DNA from: a virus | Strand: one strand, 5' to 3' | Virus record (IMG/VR): IMGVR_UViG_3300009433_000003 | DNA length: 43,540 nucleotides | Part shown: piece after piece, positions 29,901 to 36,618 of the stretch | Layout of the letters: the number at the start of each line of letters is the position of its first letter | How positions within the stretch are numbered: position 1 is the first letter of the stretch | Position numbers and translations under genes: made by a program | The notes under the pieces: model-generated | Told to the model about the DNA's origin: nothing | The model's database searches: none | The model's input: only the letters and a program-made list of their open reading frames with translations

Positions 29901-30089
29901 CTTCTCGCAAGCGTATTGTATCGAGTAAGGTATCGGTCGGTCGCCTGCCAGATACTGGCGAAGAGTCCTGTCACCTATGCCCAGCCTTTCGGATATGGCT
30001 CGCTGCGATAGCGGTGGGTCGAGCGACTCAATAAGTTCTCTTAGATAGCCCGGGTCTGGGTTGTGATGCTTCTCTGCATTCGGCTTCAT
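29889..30089 (-). CDS. Small HTH DNA-binding protein
   Basis: 66 aa. LSQRAISERLGIGDRTLRQYLAG is a helix-turn-helix pattern. Last gene of the leftward accessory operon. Its 3-prime end overlaps the o-spanin end by 12 nt. Confidence 0.5.
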   Translation of the reverse strand: MKPNAEKHHNPDPGYLRELIESLDPPLSQRAISERLGIGDRTLRQYLAGDRPIPYSIQYACEKLVK

Positions 30090-30382
30090 TTTAATAGTCT
30101 CGCTAGTTGGTTGTGGAATTTTTGGGGGACCTTGGTCTTTTTGGCGTCACGCAAGTCCAAGAAGTATTCAGGGAGCTTGCGGTTTTCAACGTATGCCCAC
30201 GCTCTCGTGCTGTAGCCATCAAGGTAGTAAGCGTCGCAGACCAGCACTAAGCTCTCGCCCTCTCCGACGGGGAGCCGAGGCTCATCCATGTGGTCATGGT
30301 CGATGATGTCGCCGACATAATACTCGTCGGTCTCCTCGGTGGCGATGGTCTCAATGTCCCACTTGTATACATATTCAGCCAT
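30086..30382 (-). CDS. Hypothetical acidic protein
   Basis: 98 aa from the internal ATG (MAEYVYKWDIE...) with SD AAAGGAGAA. The track ORF extends further upstream with an implausible N-terminus. Confidence 0.5.
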   Translation of the reverse strand: MAEYVYKWDIETIATEETDEYYVGDIIDHDHMDEPRLPVGEGESLVLVCDAYYLDGYSTRAWAYVENRKLPEYFLDLRDAKKTKVPQKFHNQLARLLK

Positions 30383-30405
30383 ATTATATTCTCCTTTTTG
30401 ATGCT

Positions 30406-30687
30406 TCACTTCAGCGCCGCCTTTGGTTCGCTCATGATCCACCGGGCCACGTCCTTCTCGATTCTCGTGTCGCCTGCCGGGACCTCGAAGACTTTGTTCT
30501 CGTGTGGGACCTCGTGACTCGGCTCGCCATCGAATACATATAGGACACAAGTGTCCTTGATGCTGTCGACCTGACTTTCTCGCCAGTCTTGCTGGACACA
30601 ATACTTAGTTCGTCGGCCCTTTGCTTTATAGAGGACCCTGCAATTACCATTATCCACGGCGATTATTTTAAGCTCGACCTTGCTCAT
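30406..30687 (-). CDS. Hypothetical protein
   Basis: 93 aa from ATG 30687 (MSKVELKII...), which overlaps the upstream stop (ATGA). Confidence 0.5.
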   Translation of the reverse strand: MSKVELKIIAVDNGNCRVLYKAKGRRTKYCVQQDWRESQVDSIKDTCVLYVFDGEPSHEVPHENKVFEVPAGDTRIEKDVARWIMSEPKAALK

Positions 30688-30890
30688 TTCAACAGCTTCC
30701 AAGTGATGTCGACCACTTTCAGGATGGGCATGGCGATGAACTTTTCTTGATTGGCTGCACTGAGCTTGTCATAGACTCCGACGACCGCGCTGGCCGTGAA
30801 GCTGTCGACAGTGTGGCCATCGATTTTCTTGTACCCGTTCTCGAGCACGTCTCTGAAGTTCTCTATGCCTTTTATTCCTAGTGCTTTCAT
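30684..30890 (-). CDS. Hypothetical protein
   Basis: 68-aa ORF. Tightly coupled to the HD-hydrolase gene: its start codon shares 1 nt (30890) with the HD-hydrolase stop. Confidence 0.5.
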   Translation of the reverse strand: MKALGIKGIENFRDVLENGYKKIDGHTVDSFTASAVVGVYDKLSAANQEKFIAMPILKVVDITWKLLK

Positions 30891-31360
30891 TACGCGTCTC
30901 CTTTCTTGATTAGGGCCACGACTGCGACGTTCAACTGTATCAGCGCGTCTGCATACTTCTTGACCTTCTTGGTGGGTATCTCGTTGCCATTGTTTAAGTG
31001 GTCATACAAGTCGCCCAGCTTGACGGTCATGGCCAGCTTGTTATTGCCGGCAATCAGTCTCGCCATATAGGCTGTGTAATTGTCGCCATCATGCTTGGTC
31101 AGGAACTTAACCGCTTCGATGACAGGCTCAGGAACACCGGCAGCCTTGAGGCTTGTGGCGTCGTGCTCGGTGTCCTCGATAATATCGTGGAGGAAGCCGG
31201 TGAGGTAGACATCCTCGTTATCAAGGTCGAATGGGTTGACGTATGCAGCAAGCAGGGCCACTGCCTTCAGATGTCTTTCATACGGGTCACCGGCCTTGTC
31301 GACCTGACCTTTGTGAGCTTCAAGTGCAAGGTTCCTGATGATTTTATAGGTAGTGGTCAT
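30890..31360 (-). CDS. SpoT/RelA-type HD-domain pyrophosphohydrolase (small alarmone hydrolase, SAH)
   Basis: 156 aa from ATG 31360 (SD AAGGAGG). EAHKGQVDKAGDPYERHLKAV, then FLHDIIEDT, then VKLGDLYDHLN match the (p)ppGpp 3-prime-pyrophosphohydrolase HD domain motifs. Confidence 0.8.
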   Translation of the reverse strand: MTTTYKIIRNLALEAHKGQVDKAGDPYERHLKAVALLAAYVNPFDLDNEDVYLTGFLHDIIEDTEHDATSLKAAGVPEPVIEAVKFLTKHDGDNYTAYMARLIAGNNKLAMTVKLGDLYDHLNNGNEIPTKKVKKYADALIQLNVAVVALIKKGDA

Positions 31361-31385
31361 ATTTGACCTCCTTTGTGAATTGAGT

Positions 31386-31416
31386 GGGAAATATAGCACG
31401 GCTCGTTGAGCCGTGC
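31386..31416 (-). promoter_or_regulatory. Palindrome + TATA-like box element, copy A (upstream of the SAH gene)
   Basis: On the minus strand it reads GCACGGCTCAACGAGCCGTGC-TATATT-TCCCACT. It lies 26 nt upstream of ATG 31360. Confidence 0.5.
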
Positions 31417-31422
31417 AAGAGG

Positions 31423-31770
31423 TTAGTTATCTTTGTCGGTTTTGTAGCCGAGGCCCTCGAAGAGGTTGACGAGATAACCGCTGACAGCTTCGTCCTTCGC
31501 GCCTATTGAGACAGTGTTCACAGCGTTCCACCAGTAGTCATATAAGTTCGCCACGCCGAATGGAGTCTGCAAGTAATACTCGAAGGTGACTTTTTCCTCT
31601 GGGTCGTTGGTGCTGTAGTTCGGTTCACCGAAGAGCTCAGCCAACTCGTCACGGCTGATGATGACGCTGCCCTGACGGCAAGCGCCTGCGAGGTCAAGTT
31701 CGCCCTCAGTGATTTTGTAGCAGGCTGATGGGATAATGGTCAGTGCTGGGTTGCTGTTTAATGTGGTCAT
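31423..31770 (-). CDS. Hypothetical protein
   Basis: 115-aa ORF with SD GGAGG. No recognisable motif. Confidence 0.5.
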   Translation of the reverse strand: MTTLNSNPALTIIPSACYKITEGELDLAGACRQGSVIISRDELAELFGEPNYSTNDPEEKVTFEYYLQTPFGVANLYDYWWNAVNTVSIGAKDEAVSGYLVNLFEGLGYKTDKDN

Positions 31771-31792
31771 AAGGACCTCCGTAAGTTTATTT

Positions 31793-31814
31793 AAAAGGCC
31801 ACCGGGGTGGTGGC
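31793..31814 (-). terminator. Putative rho-independent terminator inside the accessory operon
   Basis: Minus strand reads GCCACC-ACCCC-GGTGGC followed by CTTTTAAAT. It lies directly after the stop of 31825..32085. Confidence 0.5.
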
Positions 31815-31824
31815 GTTGGCTGAG

Positions 31825-32085
31825 TTATATCACGCTGACGCGGCCCTTGAAGTCGTCGCCGAAGATTTCCAGCGGGACGTAGGCTTCGCCATCAACAGTG
31901 AATACTTTTTCCGCTGTGTGGTTAGTGCTGTCAACCAGCTTGAAGAAGGTGGCGCCGTTAAGAGTCTTGACTTCGGCGACGGTGCCCTCGAGCCAGCGTT
32001 CAGGGCGTCCCGGGCATGGTTTGAAGTGGTAAGCCTTGATTCTGTCGCCGACCTTTGCGAGGCCTTCATATTTTAATGTGCTCAT
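31825..32085 (-). CDS. Hypothetical protein
   Basis: 86-aa ORF. The plus-strand shadow ORFs here are less protein-like. Confidence 0.5.
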   Translation of the reverse strand: MSTLKYEGLAKVGDRIKAYHFKPCPGRPERWLEGTVAEVKTLNGATFFKLVDSTNHTAEKVFTVDGEAYVPLEIFGDDFKGRVSVI

Positions 32086-32244
32086 TTACACAGCCTCCAG
32101 TTCTTTTAAGTAGGTCAATGCGAGTTTGGTATAGAGGGTTTTGAGCTTGCTGGCCGCTCTGATTTTTCCTTTGGCCTCGGCTTCTTTCCATGCAATGTAG
32201 AGATTGTTTGCTTTGGTTTCGTACTTGTCGAATGGGTTGTTCAT
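32086..32244 (-). CDS. Small hypothetical protein (52 aa)
   Basis: Hand-translated: MNNPFDKYETKANNLYIAWKEAEAKGKIRAASKLKTLYTKLALTYLKELEAV. SD AAGGAGG. Its stop abuts the next start. Confidence 0.4.
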   Translation of the reverse strand: MNNPFDKYETKANNLYIAWKEAEAKGKIRAASKLKTLYTKLALTYLKELEAV

Positions 32245-32270
32245 GGTGCCTCCTTATTTGTGGCAGTAGT

Positions 32271-32302
32271 GGGAACAGGAACTACATTAGGCTCATTGAG
32301 CC
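32271..32302 (-). promoter_or_regulatory. Palindrome + TATA-like box element, copy B
   Basis: Minus strand reads GGCTCAATGAGCC-TAATGT-...TTCCCACT, upstream of ATG 32244. Confidence 0.45.
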
Positions 32303-32308
32303 GAGGAG

Positions 32309-32773
32309 TCAAGCGCTTTCGCTGTTTATTTTTTTAACCAGTTCGAACACAGCCTCGCCATTGCTGAAGACACCTATCTTGTTGATGGCTGATGATGGGT
32401 ATGAGTCATTAATTAATTTAACGATGTTGTCGGCGACTTTGTTTGCCCAGCCTTTTGCGATGTTTGCCATGCCAGACTCTTCCGAGTAGTAGCGATCGAA
32501 CTCATTGGTCACGAGCGCGACGCTGACGCAACCGCAATACTCGGAGACAACGACCTTCGCGAAGTTATTCTCAAGGAGGACTTTGCCTTCGCCTATCCAT
32601 TCGCCGTCAACACGCTCGAATGATTTATAGTTATTTTTAATGATGTTCTCGAGGTTGTCCTTGAACCATTCCCAGTTGTCGTTGTTTTCGTCATAGTCAT
32701 CGGTGAATCCAGCTGGGTCGTTTAGGTAAGCTACTGCGACCGCGTTGCTTGGCACGTTTACTGATCTACTCAT
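32309..32773 (-). CDS. Hypothetical acidic protein
   Basis: 154-aa ORF. D/E/N-rich N-terminal half (FTDDYDENNDNWEWF). Confidence 0.55.
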   Translation of the reverse strand: MSRSVNVPSNAVAVAYLNDPAGFTDDYDENNDNWEWFKDNLENIIKNNYKSFERVDGEWIGEGKVLLENNFAKVVVSEYCGCVSVALVTNEFDRYYSEESGMANIAKGWANKVADNIVKLINDSYPSSAINKIGVFSNGEAVFELVKKINSESA

Positions 32774-32925
32774 ATCTCATATCCCTCATAGTAATTAATT
32801 TCAGCATTCTCGTGGGCCTTCGCCATAATCTCCCAGCTAATGACCTCCTCGTGATATTCGTTAGCCTCTTCAAGTGTATCGAAGACGAGGCCCTCGTTGT
32901 AATACTTTAATGATTCGCGGTCCAT
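32770..32925 (-). CDS. Small hypothetical acidic protein (51 aa)
   Basis: Hand-translated: MDRESLKYYNEGLVFDTLEEANEYHEEVISWEIMAKAHENAEINYYEGYEI. SD GGAGAA. ATGA overlap with the next gene. Confidence 0.4.
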   Translation of the reverse strand: MDRESLKYYNEGLVFDTLEEANEYHEEVISWEIMAKAHENAEINYYEGYEI

Positions 32926-32927
32926 TA

Positions 32928-33083
32928 TTAATATTCTCCTCGAGCTGTTGCTTTTGCGCCCTCAATGCAGTCAGAGAGGTATTCTCTCCATGATTGGTAT
33001 TCATAACCACAGGCTTTGCTCTCTGATTTATGCCATTCGTATTCTTTGTAATATTCGTCATAGGCTTTTTTGTTTAGCTGCAT
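32928..33083 (-). CDS. Small hypothetical protein (51 aa)
   Basis: Hand-translated: MQLNKKAYDEYYKEYEWHKSESKACGYEYQSWREYLSDCIEGAKATARGEY. It fits head-to-tail packing better than track ORF 32870..33061. Confidence 0.4.
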   Translation of the reverse strand: MQLNKKAYDEYYKEYEWHKSESKACGYEYQSWREYLSDCIEGAKATARGEY

Positions 33084-33085
33084 TT

Positions 33086-33217
33086 TTAATAGCTCCCGTC
33101 GATTTGTTTTGGTATGTCGTGGTATTGAGCCACTTGGTTTTTTAATTCGTATCTCACTGCCGCTATCACTGGGACCGGGCCAAGGACTAGGACAAGAAGG
33201 GGAAGAAGAGTTTCCAT
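33086..33217 (-). CDS. Small membrane/secreted peptide (43 aa)
   Basis: Internal ATG of track ORF 33086..33292. METLLPLLVLVLGPVPVIAAV is a hydrophobic N-terminus. First gene after attP. Confidence 0.4.
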   Translation of the reverse strand: METLLPLLVLVLGPVPVIAAVRYELKNQVAQYHDIPKQIDGSY

Positions 33218-33243
33218 TTTTACCTCGCTGTTGCTGGTAGTTA

Positions 33244-33279
33244 GTCGGAAGAACAATTCGAATATAGGCTCATTGAGCC
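33244..33279 (-). promoter_or_regulatory. Palindrome + TATA-like box element, copy C
   Basis: Minus strand reads GGCTCAATGAGCC-TATATT-...TTCCGACT, upstream of ATG 33217. Confidence 0.45.
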
Positions 33280-33362
33280 AGCACGTCAACAACTTTCGTA
33301 ATTTATTTTCAGGTCCTTCTTTTCTTGCTGAAGGGCTCGAGGTCTTGGGCTGGAGTTTTATT

Positions 33363-33597
33363 CTGCCCCATTGGAACTCGCCGGGGCTAACAATAACAAG
33401 GACTTAGCTGAGGGTAACGGTAAAATCTATGGGGCAGATTGAAAAAGTAAGTGACTGTATTGATTAAGATAATTACAATAAAAGCGATTGTTTCGTAAAT
33501 AGTAGGTCGGAGGTTCGAATCCTCTTTCCGGCACCAACACCAACGCTTTCAGCTTTAGGGTCCACTAACATTGCCCCATAGAACGGGGTCTGCCCCA
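33363..33597. other. attP region: tRNA-derived core flanked by TGCCCCA arm-type repeats
   Basis: TGCCCCA at 33364-70, 33572-78 and 33591-97, and inverted (TGGGGCA) at 33430-36. Non-coding, and adjacent to int. Confidence 0.65.
33492..33536 (+). other. 3-prime half of a class-I tRNA, tRNA-Thr(CGU)-like (attP core, not a complete gene)
   Basis: TTCGTAA (anticodon loop, CGT) - ATAGT - AGGTC - GGAGG TTCGAAT CCTCT - TTCCGGC - A - CCA fits positions 32-76 exactly. No matching 5-prime acceptor strand (GCCGGAA) lies upstream. Confidence 0.7.
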
Positions 33598-33602
33598 AAG
33601 AA

Positions 33603-34652
33603 TCAGTCGGGTTGCTCTATTTTGGAGCGAGAGAACGGGGTCACGACCTTGCCTTTGCGACGGTAATGAGCCCGGGTGACGGCCGGTGTTGAGTGGTCAA
33701 GTTTATCGGTGGCCTCGGCCTCGGTCGCGTCGCTTGCTGCCTTGGCTCTGATGTCTGACTCAGTGAAGCGCTCGACGAGCTCGGTGTCCTCGAGTGCCTT
33801 GTCCATGCTCCGACGCCACACAGAATCAAAGCCACTGGCCTTCCGTTTTTCATCGAGGTAACACTTGCCGGCCCGGGTTGCGAACAGATACATCGACCCG
33901 ACTTTTCTCTTGATGGCGCGGACGTCGGCCACGGCTTCCCGGAGTTCGTCGTCCCATGTGAACATGATTTTCTTGCCGGTTTTATTCTGGACCACGAGGA
34001 GGCCCTCAGCTTTGATATCAGACAACTGGATGGTGAGCATGTCGCCCTTCCTAATGCCGAGCTTGAGCTTGAGCGTGACGTAGGTTTTTATCATCGGGTT
34101 AGCGACCTCAAGGAACTCAGCAAGCTCCCAGTCCTCAACGTATCGCGTGCGTGCCTTAGCGCCGAATTTCAGGACCTTGCCCTTGATTGGATGAAAGTCT
34201 ATGTATCCCCACTCAATCGCCTTGGTATACGCATGAGATAGGACGACGACGTGCTGATTGGCTAGGCTCTCGCTGCGACGGCCGACCTTGTCGCGCATCT
34301 TGTAGACATCCATGGGGCGAAGCGCACTGATATCCATTTCACCGAAGCCCTTGCGAAGCGCTGCGATAATTTTGATCTCAGTGTCGAAGGTGTTCGGGGA
34401 CTTTGTTGGGGAGACTTCTTTGATGTAACGGTCGAGCAGCTCGGCGATTGTCTTGGCGTCTTCATAGATATCTGCACGCTCGGCCCATGTCTTATATGCC
34501 TCGGGTAAGGTGCGGCCAAGGCGGAACTCTTTCTTGTTGTCCCAGTGCTGTCGAAGAGCCGGGGGAACTCGGTAAAAATATAGGCCACGACGGAAACGCC
34601 AGTTCGTTGGGAGGCCTTTGTTTTCAGGTGTTCGCGGCTTTGGCGGCGTCAT
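33603..34652 (-). CDS. int: Tyrosine integrase
   Basis: 349 aa. Arm-binding-type N-terminus. Catalytic-region motifs GIRKGDML and LDHSTPAVTRAHY (H-x-x-R...Y). Adjacent to attP. Confidence 0.9.
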   Translation of the reverse strand: MTPPKPRTPENKGLPTNWRFRRGLYFYRVPPALRQHWDNKKEFRLGRTLPEAYKTWAERADIYEDAKTIAELLDRYIKEVSPTKSPNTFDTEIKIIAALRKGFGEMDISALRPMDVYKMRDKVGRRSESLANQHVVVLSHAYTKAIEWGYIDFHPIKGKVLKFGAKARTRYVEDWELAEFLEVANPMIKTYVTLKLKLGIRKGDMLTIQLSDIKAEGLLVVQNKTGKKIMFTWDDELREAVADVRAIKRKVGSMYLFATRAGKCYLDEKRKASGFDSVWRRSMDKALEDTELVERFTESDIRAKAASDATEAEATDKLDHSTPAVTRAHYRRKGKVVTPFSRSKIEQPD

Positions 34653-34867
34653 TAGAATGCACTATAGTCGGGCTCGTTATTGGCTCGGTTTTTATTCTGA
34701 AACTTTTCAACGCCCATTGCAATGAGATAAGCGTCGCGTGAAACAATGACGACATTATCAGGCCGAAGTCGACCCGGGATGTTCATAGCGTTCAGCGCTC
34801 TCATCTGGGCACCCGGTCGTTGCTTCCCGGTAACCTCGAGCAGTTCAGCAGGCGTCAGGTTCAGCAT
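34652..34867 (-). CDS. xis: Excisionase-like protein (DUF4224-type)
   Basis: 71 aa. LTPAELLEVTGKQRPGAQMRALNAMNIP pattern. 1-nt overlap with the int start. Confidence 0.6.
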   Translation of the reverse strand: MLNLTPAELLEVTGKQRPGAQMRALNAMNIPGRLRPDNVVIVSRDAYLIAMGVEKFQNKNRANNEPDYSAF

Positions 34868-35010
34868 CCGTTATACCCTTCGAGCTCAATCAGCTCACGA
34901 GTTTGCTCGGGGCCATAGGTAGGCACAACCCACTCAAACAAAAAATTCCAGTGGTTCATACTGGTCTGCTTCAGTCCGTGCTCACGCTCATCAAAAATGT
35001 CTAATTGCAT
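34861..35010 (-). CDS. Small hypothetical protein (49 aa), paralogue of 994..1167
   Basis: Internal ATG (MQLDIFDEREHGLKQTSMNHWNFLFEWVVPTYGPEQTRELIELEGYNGC) with SD GAGGGA. The longer track ORF would span a terminator hairpin. Confidence 0.45.
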   Translation of the reverse strand: MQLDIFDEREHGLKQTSMNHWNFLFEWVVPTYGPEQTRELIELEGYNGC

Positions 35011-35023
35011 AATTCCCTCAGTT

Positions 35024-35055
35024 AATAAAAGACCCCGGGGTTGTCGCCCCGGGGC
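35024..35055 (-). terminator. Rho-independent terminator between ssb and the xis-int module
   Basis: Minus strand reads GCCCCGGGG-CGACAA-CCCCGGGGTC followed by TTTTATT. Confidence 0.65.
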
Positions 35056-35278
35056 AAACGGTTGCGCCGTTACTCGGCACATGCTCTCAGCTAATAAGGA
35101 GTCTGATACATGTGCTGCCGGTGTTATTGCCATCACCGCCGGCTGGATGGTTCCCGTCAGGGATATATAAAAGTCCCCGGCCTGCTCATAAAAGTTTTAC
35201 AGAACATTTATCGACTATAAAAATATATGAAAAATATTATAGTTAGCGAGCAGGCCGAGGGGTTCGTGGAGGTGCTTT

Positions 35279-35719
35279 TTAGAACGGGATGTCGTCATCG
35301 AAGTCGTCGGCGGCCTCGTGCGTGTTGCCCTTCGCTTCCGCTGGCTTGGGCGCTGGCGCCGCTTTCTCAGCGCTTCGCTGACCTTCCTCTTGACCTCTGC
35401 CGCCCAGCATCTGCATTTCATGCGCGACGACCTCGGTCGTGTATCGGTCCTTTCCCTCTTTGTCTTCCCACTTGCGTGTTTGCAATCGGCCTTCGATGTA
35501 GACCTGTGAGCCCTTGTGAAGGTACTCGGCCGCTATCTCTGCCACCTTGCCGAAGAAGACAACCCGGTGCCACTCGGTTTTTTCTTCCTTGTCAGCACCC
35601 GACTTGAACGATGTCGCCAGTGTTATGTTTGCGACAGCACTGCCGCTGCCGGTGTATCGGACGTCGGGGTCGTTGCCCAGATTGCCCACCAGTATTACTT
35701 TGTTTATTCCGCGTGCCAT
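35279..35719 (-). CDS. ssb: Single-stranded DNA-binding protein
   Basis: 146 aa. [20 protein letters not shown]-fold N-terminus and an acidic DDDIPF tail. Confidence 0.95.
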   Translation of the reverse strand: MARGINKVILVGNLGNDPDVRYTGSGSAVANITLATSFKSGADKEEKTEWHRVVFFGKVAEIAAEYLHKGSQVYIEGRLQTRKWEDKEGKDRYTTEVVAHEMQMLGGRGQEEGQRSAEKAAPAPKPAEAKGNTHEAADDFDDDIPF

Positions 35720-36618
35720 TATGATTTTACCTCGCTAATTTTATTTTGATATGTGCCTTTTTTTCTGAAGCCCTCGAGGTCGACGTCCGTCAACTGGGGG
35801 ACCTTTTTATAATCGACCGCGCCTTGCCTATAGAACCGAGTCACACGAAGACCGGCGCCGATAGTGTTGCGTTCACCTGATAGCTCGAGGACCTTGGCCT
35901 TAGCATCGTCCAGCGCTTTTTTCATTCTCGCTGCATTCTCAACGGCATTTAGATAGTCCGAGACGGCGAACTTCCATTCGTTTGTTTCGAGCTCGACGTA
36001 GTCACGAGGACCGGGCTCGGGCGCTGTCTTTGATATCACATGTGGCCAGAACTCCTCCCACGCTTCGACAATCCTTTTCTGAATTTCCTTGTCAGGCGTC
36101 ACCTCAACCCGGGCGAACCTGCTGTCGTCCTGATAGACGAAGAAGTGACAGACCGGGGCGTTGGTCACGAGGAGCTGATGGTTGACCTGAATGAGGTCGG
36201 TCTCACTGAGTTCACCCTTGAGCGCCATTTCTCCCCGGGCAGAAGTGAGCCCTTTGACGGGGCACTTAATCTCAGCAATTGAATTAATCACGTCGTCCCG
36301 GGTCAGCGACAAGTCCGCGCCATCCACTGACGCCGCGAAGTCGTCATCGCCCTCGATGACATAAGGCTCGAAGACGATACCTGTCTCGGCTTCACACTTG
36401 GCCCGAGCAGCTGGCTCGAGGTCATGGCCACGCTGCATGGCTCGCTGCAAGAACTCACTGAACTCTTGCTCTTCGCCGAGGACCTTCTTATTGAAGACGT
36501 CGAGCGCCGTGCTGTAATCAGACACGCCGATGATTGACGAAGACTCTGAAGCCATTTTTTTACCGGCCCGGAAGGCGTGCCACTCGGGTGTGTTTTGTTC
36601 TAAGGTCAATAACTGCAT
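35719..36618 (-). CDS. YqaJ / lambda-Exo-type recombination exonuclease
   Basis: 299 aa. [23 protein letters not shown], then RGHDLEP, then EIKCP motifs of the PD-(D/E)xK YqaJ family. Confidence 0.8.
   Translation of the reverse strand: MQLLTLEQNTPEWHAFRAGKKMASESSSIIGVSDYSTALDVFNKKVLGEEQEFSEFLQRAMQRGHDLEPAARAKCEAETGIVFEPYVIEGDDDFAASVDGADLSLTRDDVINSIAEIKCPVKGLTSARGEMALKGELSETDLIQVNHQLLVTNAPVCHFFVYQDDSRFARVEVTPDKEIQKRIVEAWEEFWPHVISKTAPEPGPRDYVELETNEWKFAVSDYLNAVENAARMKKALDDAKAKVLELSGERNTIGAGLRVTRFYRQGAVDYKKVPQLTDVDLEGFRKKGTYQNKISEVKS

Noticed and set aside
29889-30382. 98-aa ORF + 66-aa HTH ORF (4-nt overlap) as a HigB/HigA-like toxin-antitoxin pair
   Set aside because: The upstream protein is strongly acidic and lacks any RelE/HigB-like basic RNase pattern. 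Only the gene arrangement is TA-like.
32870-33061. 63-aa track ORF in the accessory operon
   Set aside because: It reads through the SD and start of the next gene. Two 51-codon ORFs (32928..33083 and 32770..32925) in other frames tile the region head-to-tail, have SD sequences and give more protein-like products.
33440-33540. Possible complete tRNA gene
   Set aside because: Only positions 32-76 can be folded. No complementary 5-prime acceptor strand or D-arm lies upstream, so this is an attP core fragment and not a functional tRNA.
34861-35136. Full 91-aa version of the ORF upstream of xis
   Set aside because: The N-terminal 42 codons span a strong terminator hairpin (35033-35054) and look non-protein-like. 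The internal ATG at 35010 has an SD, and the short product matches the paralogue at 994..1167.
35227-35749. Plus-strand ORFs (126, 63, 77 and 63 aa) across the ssb locus
   Set aside because: They are antisense to an unmistakable SSB gene, and their products are R/P/C-rich nonsense.
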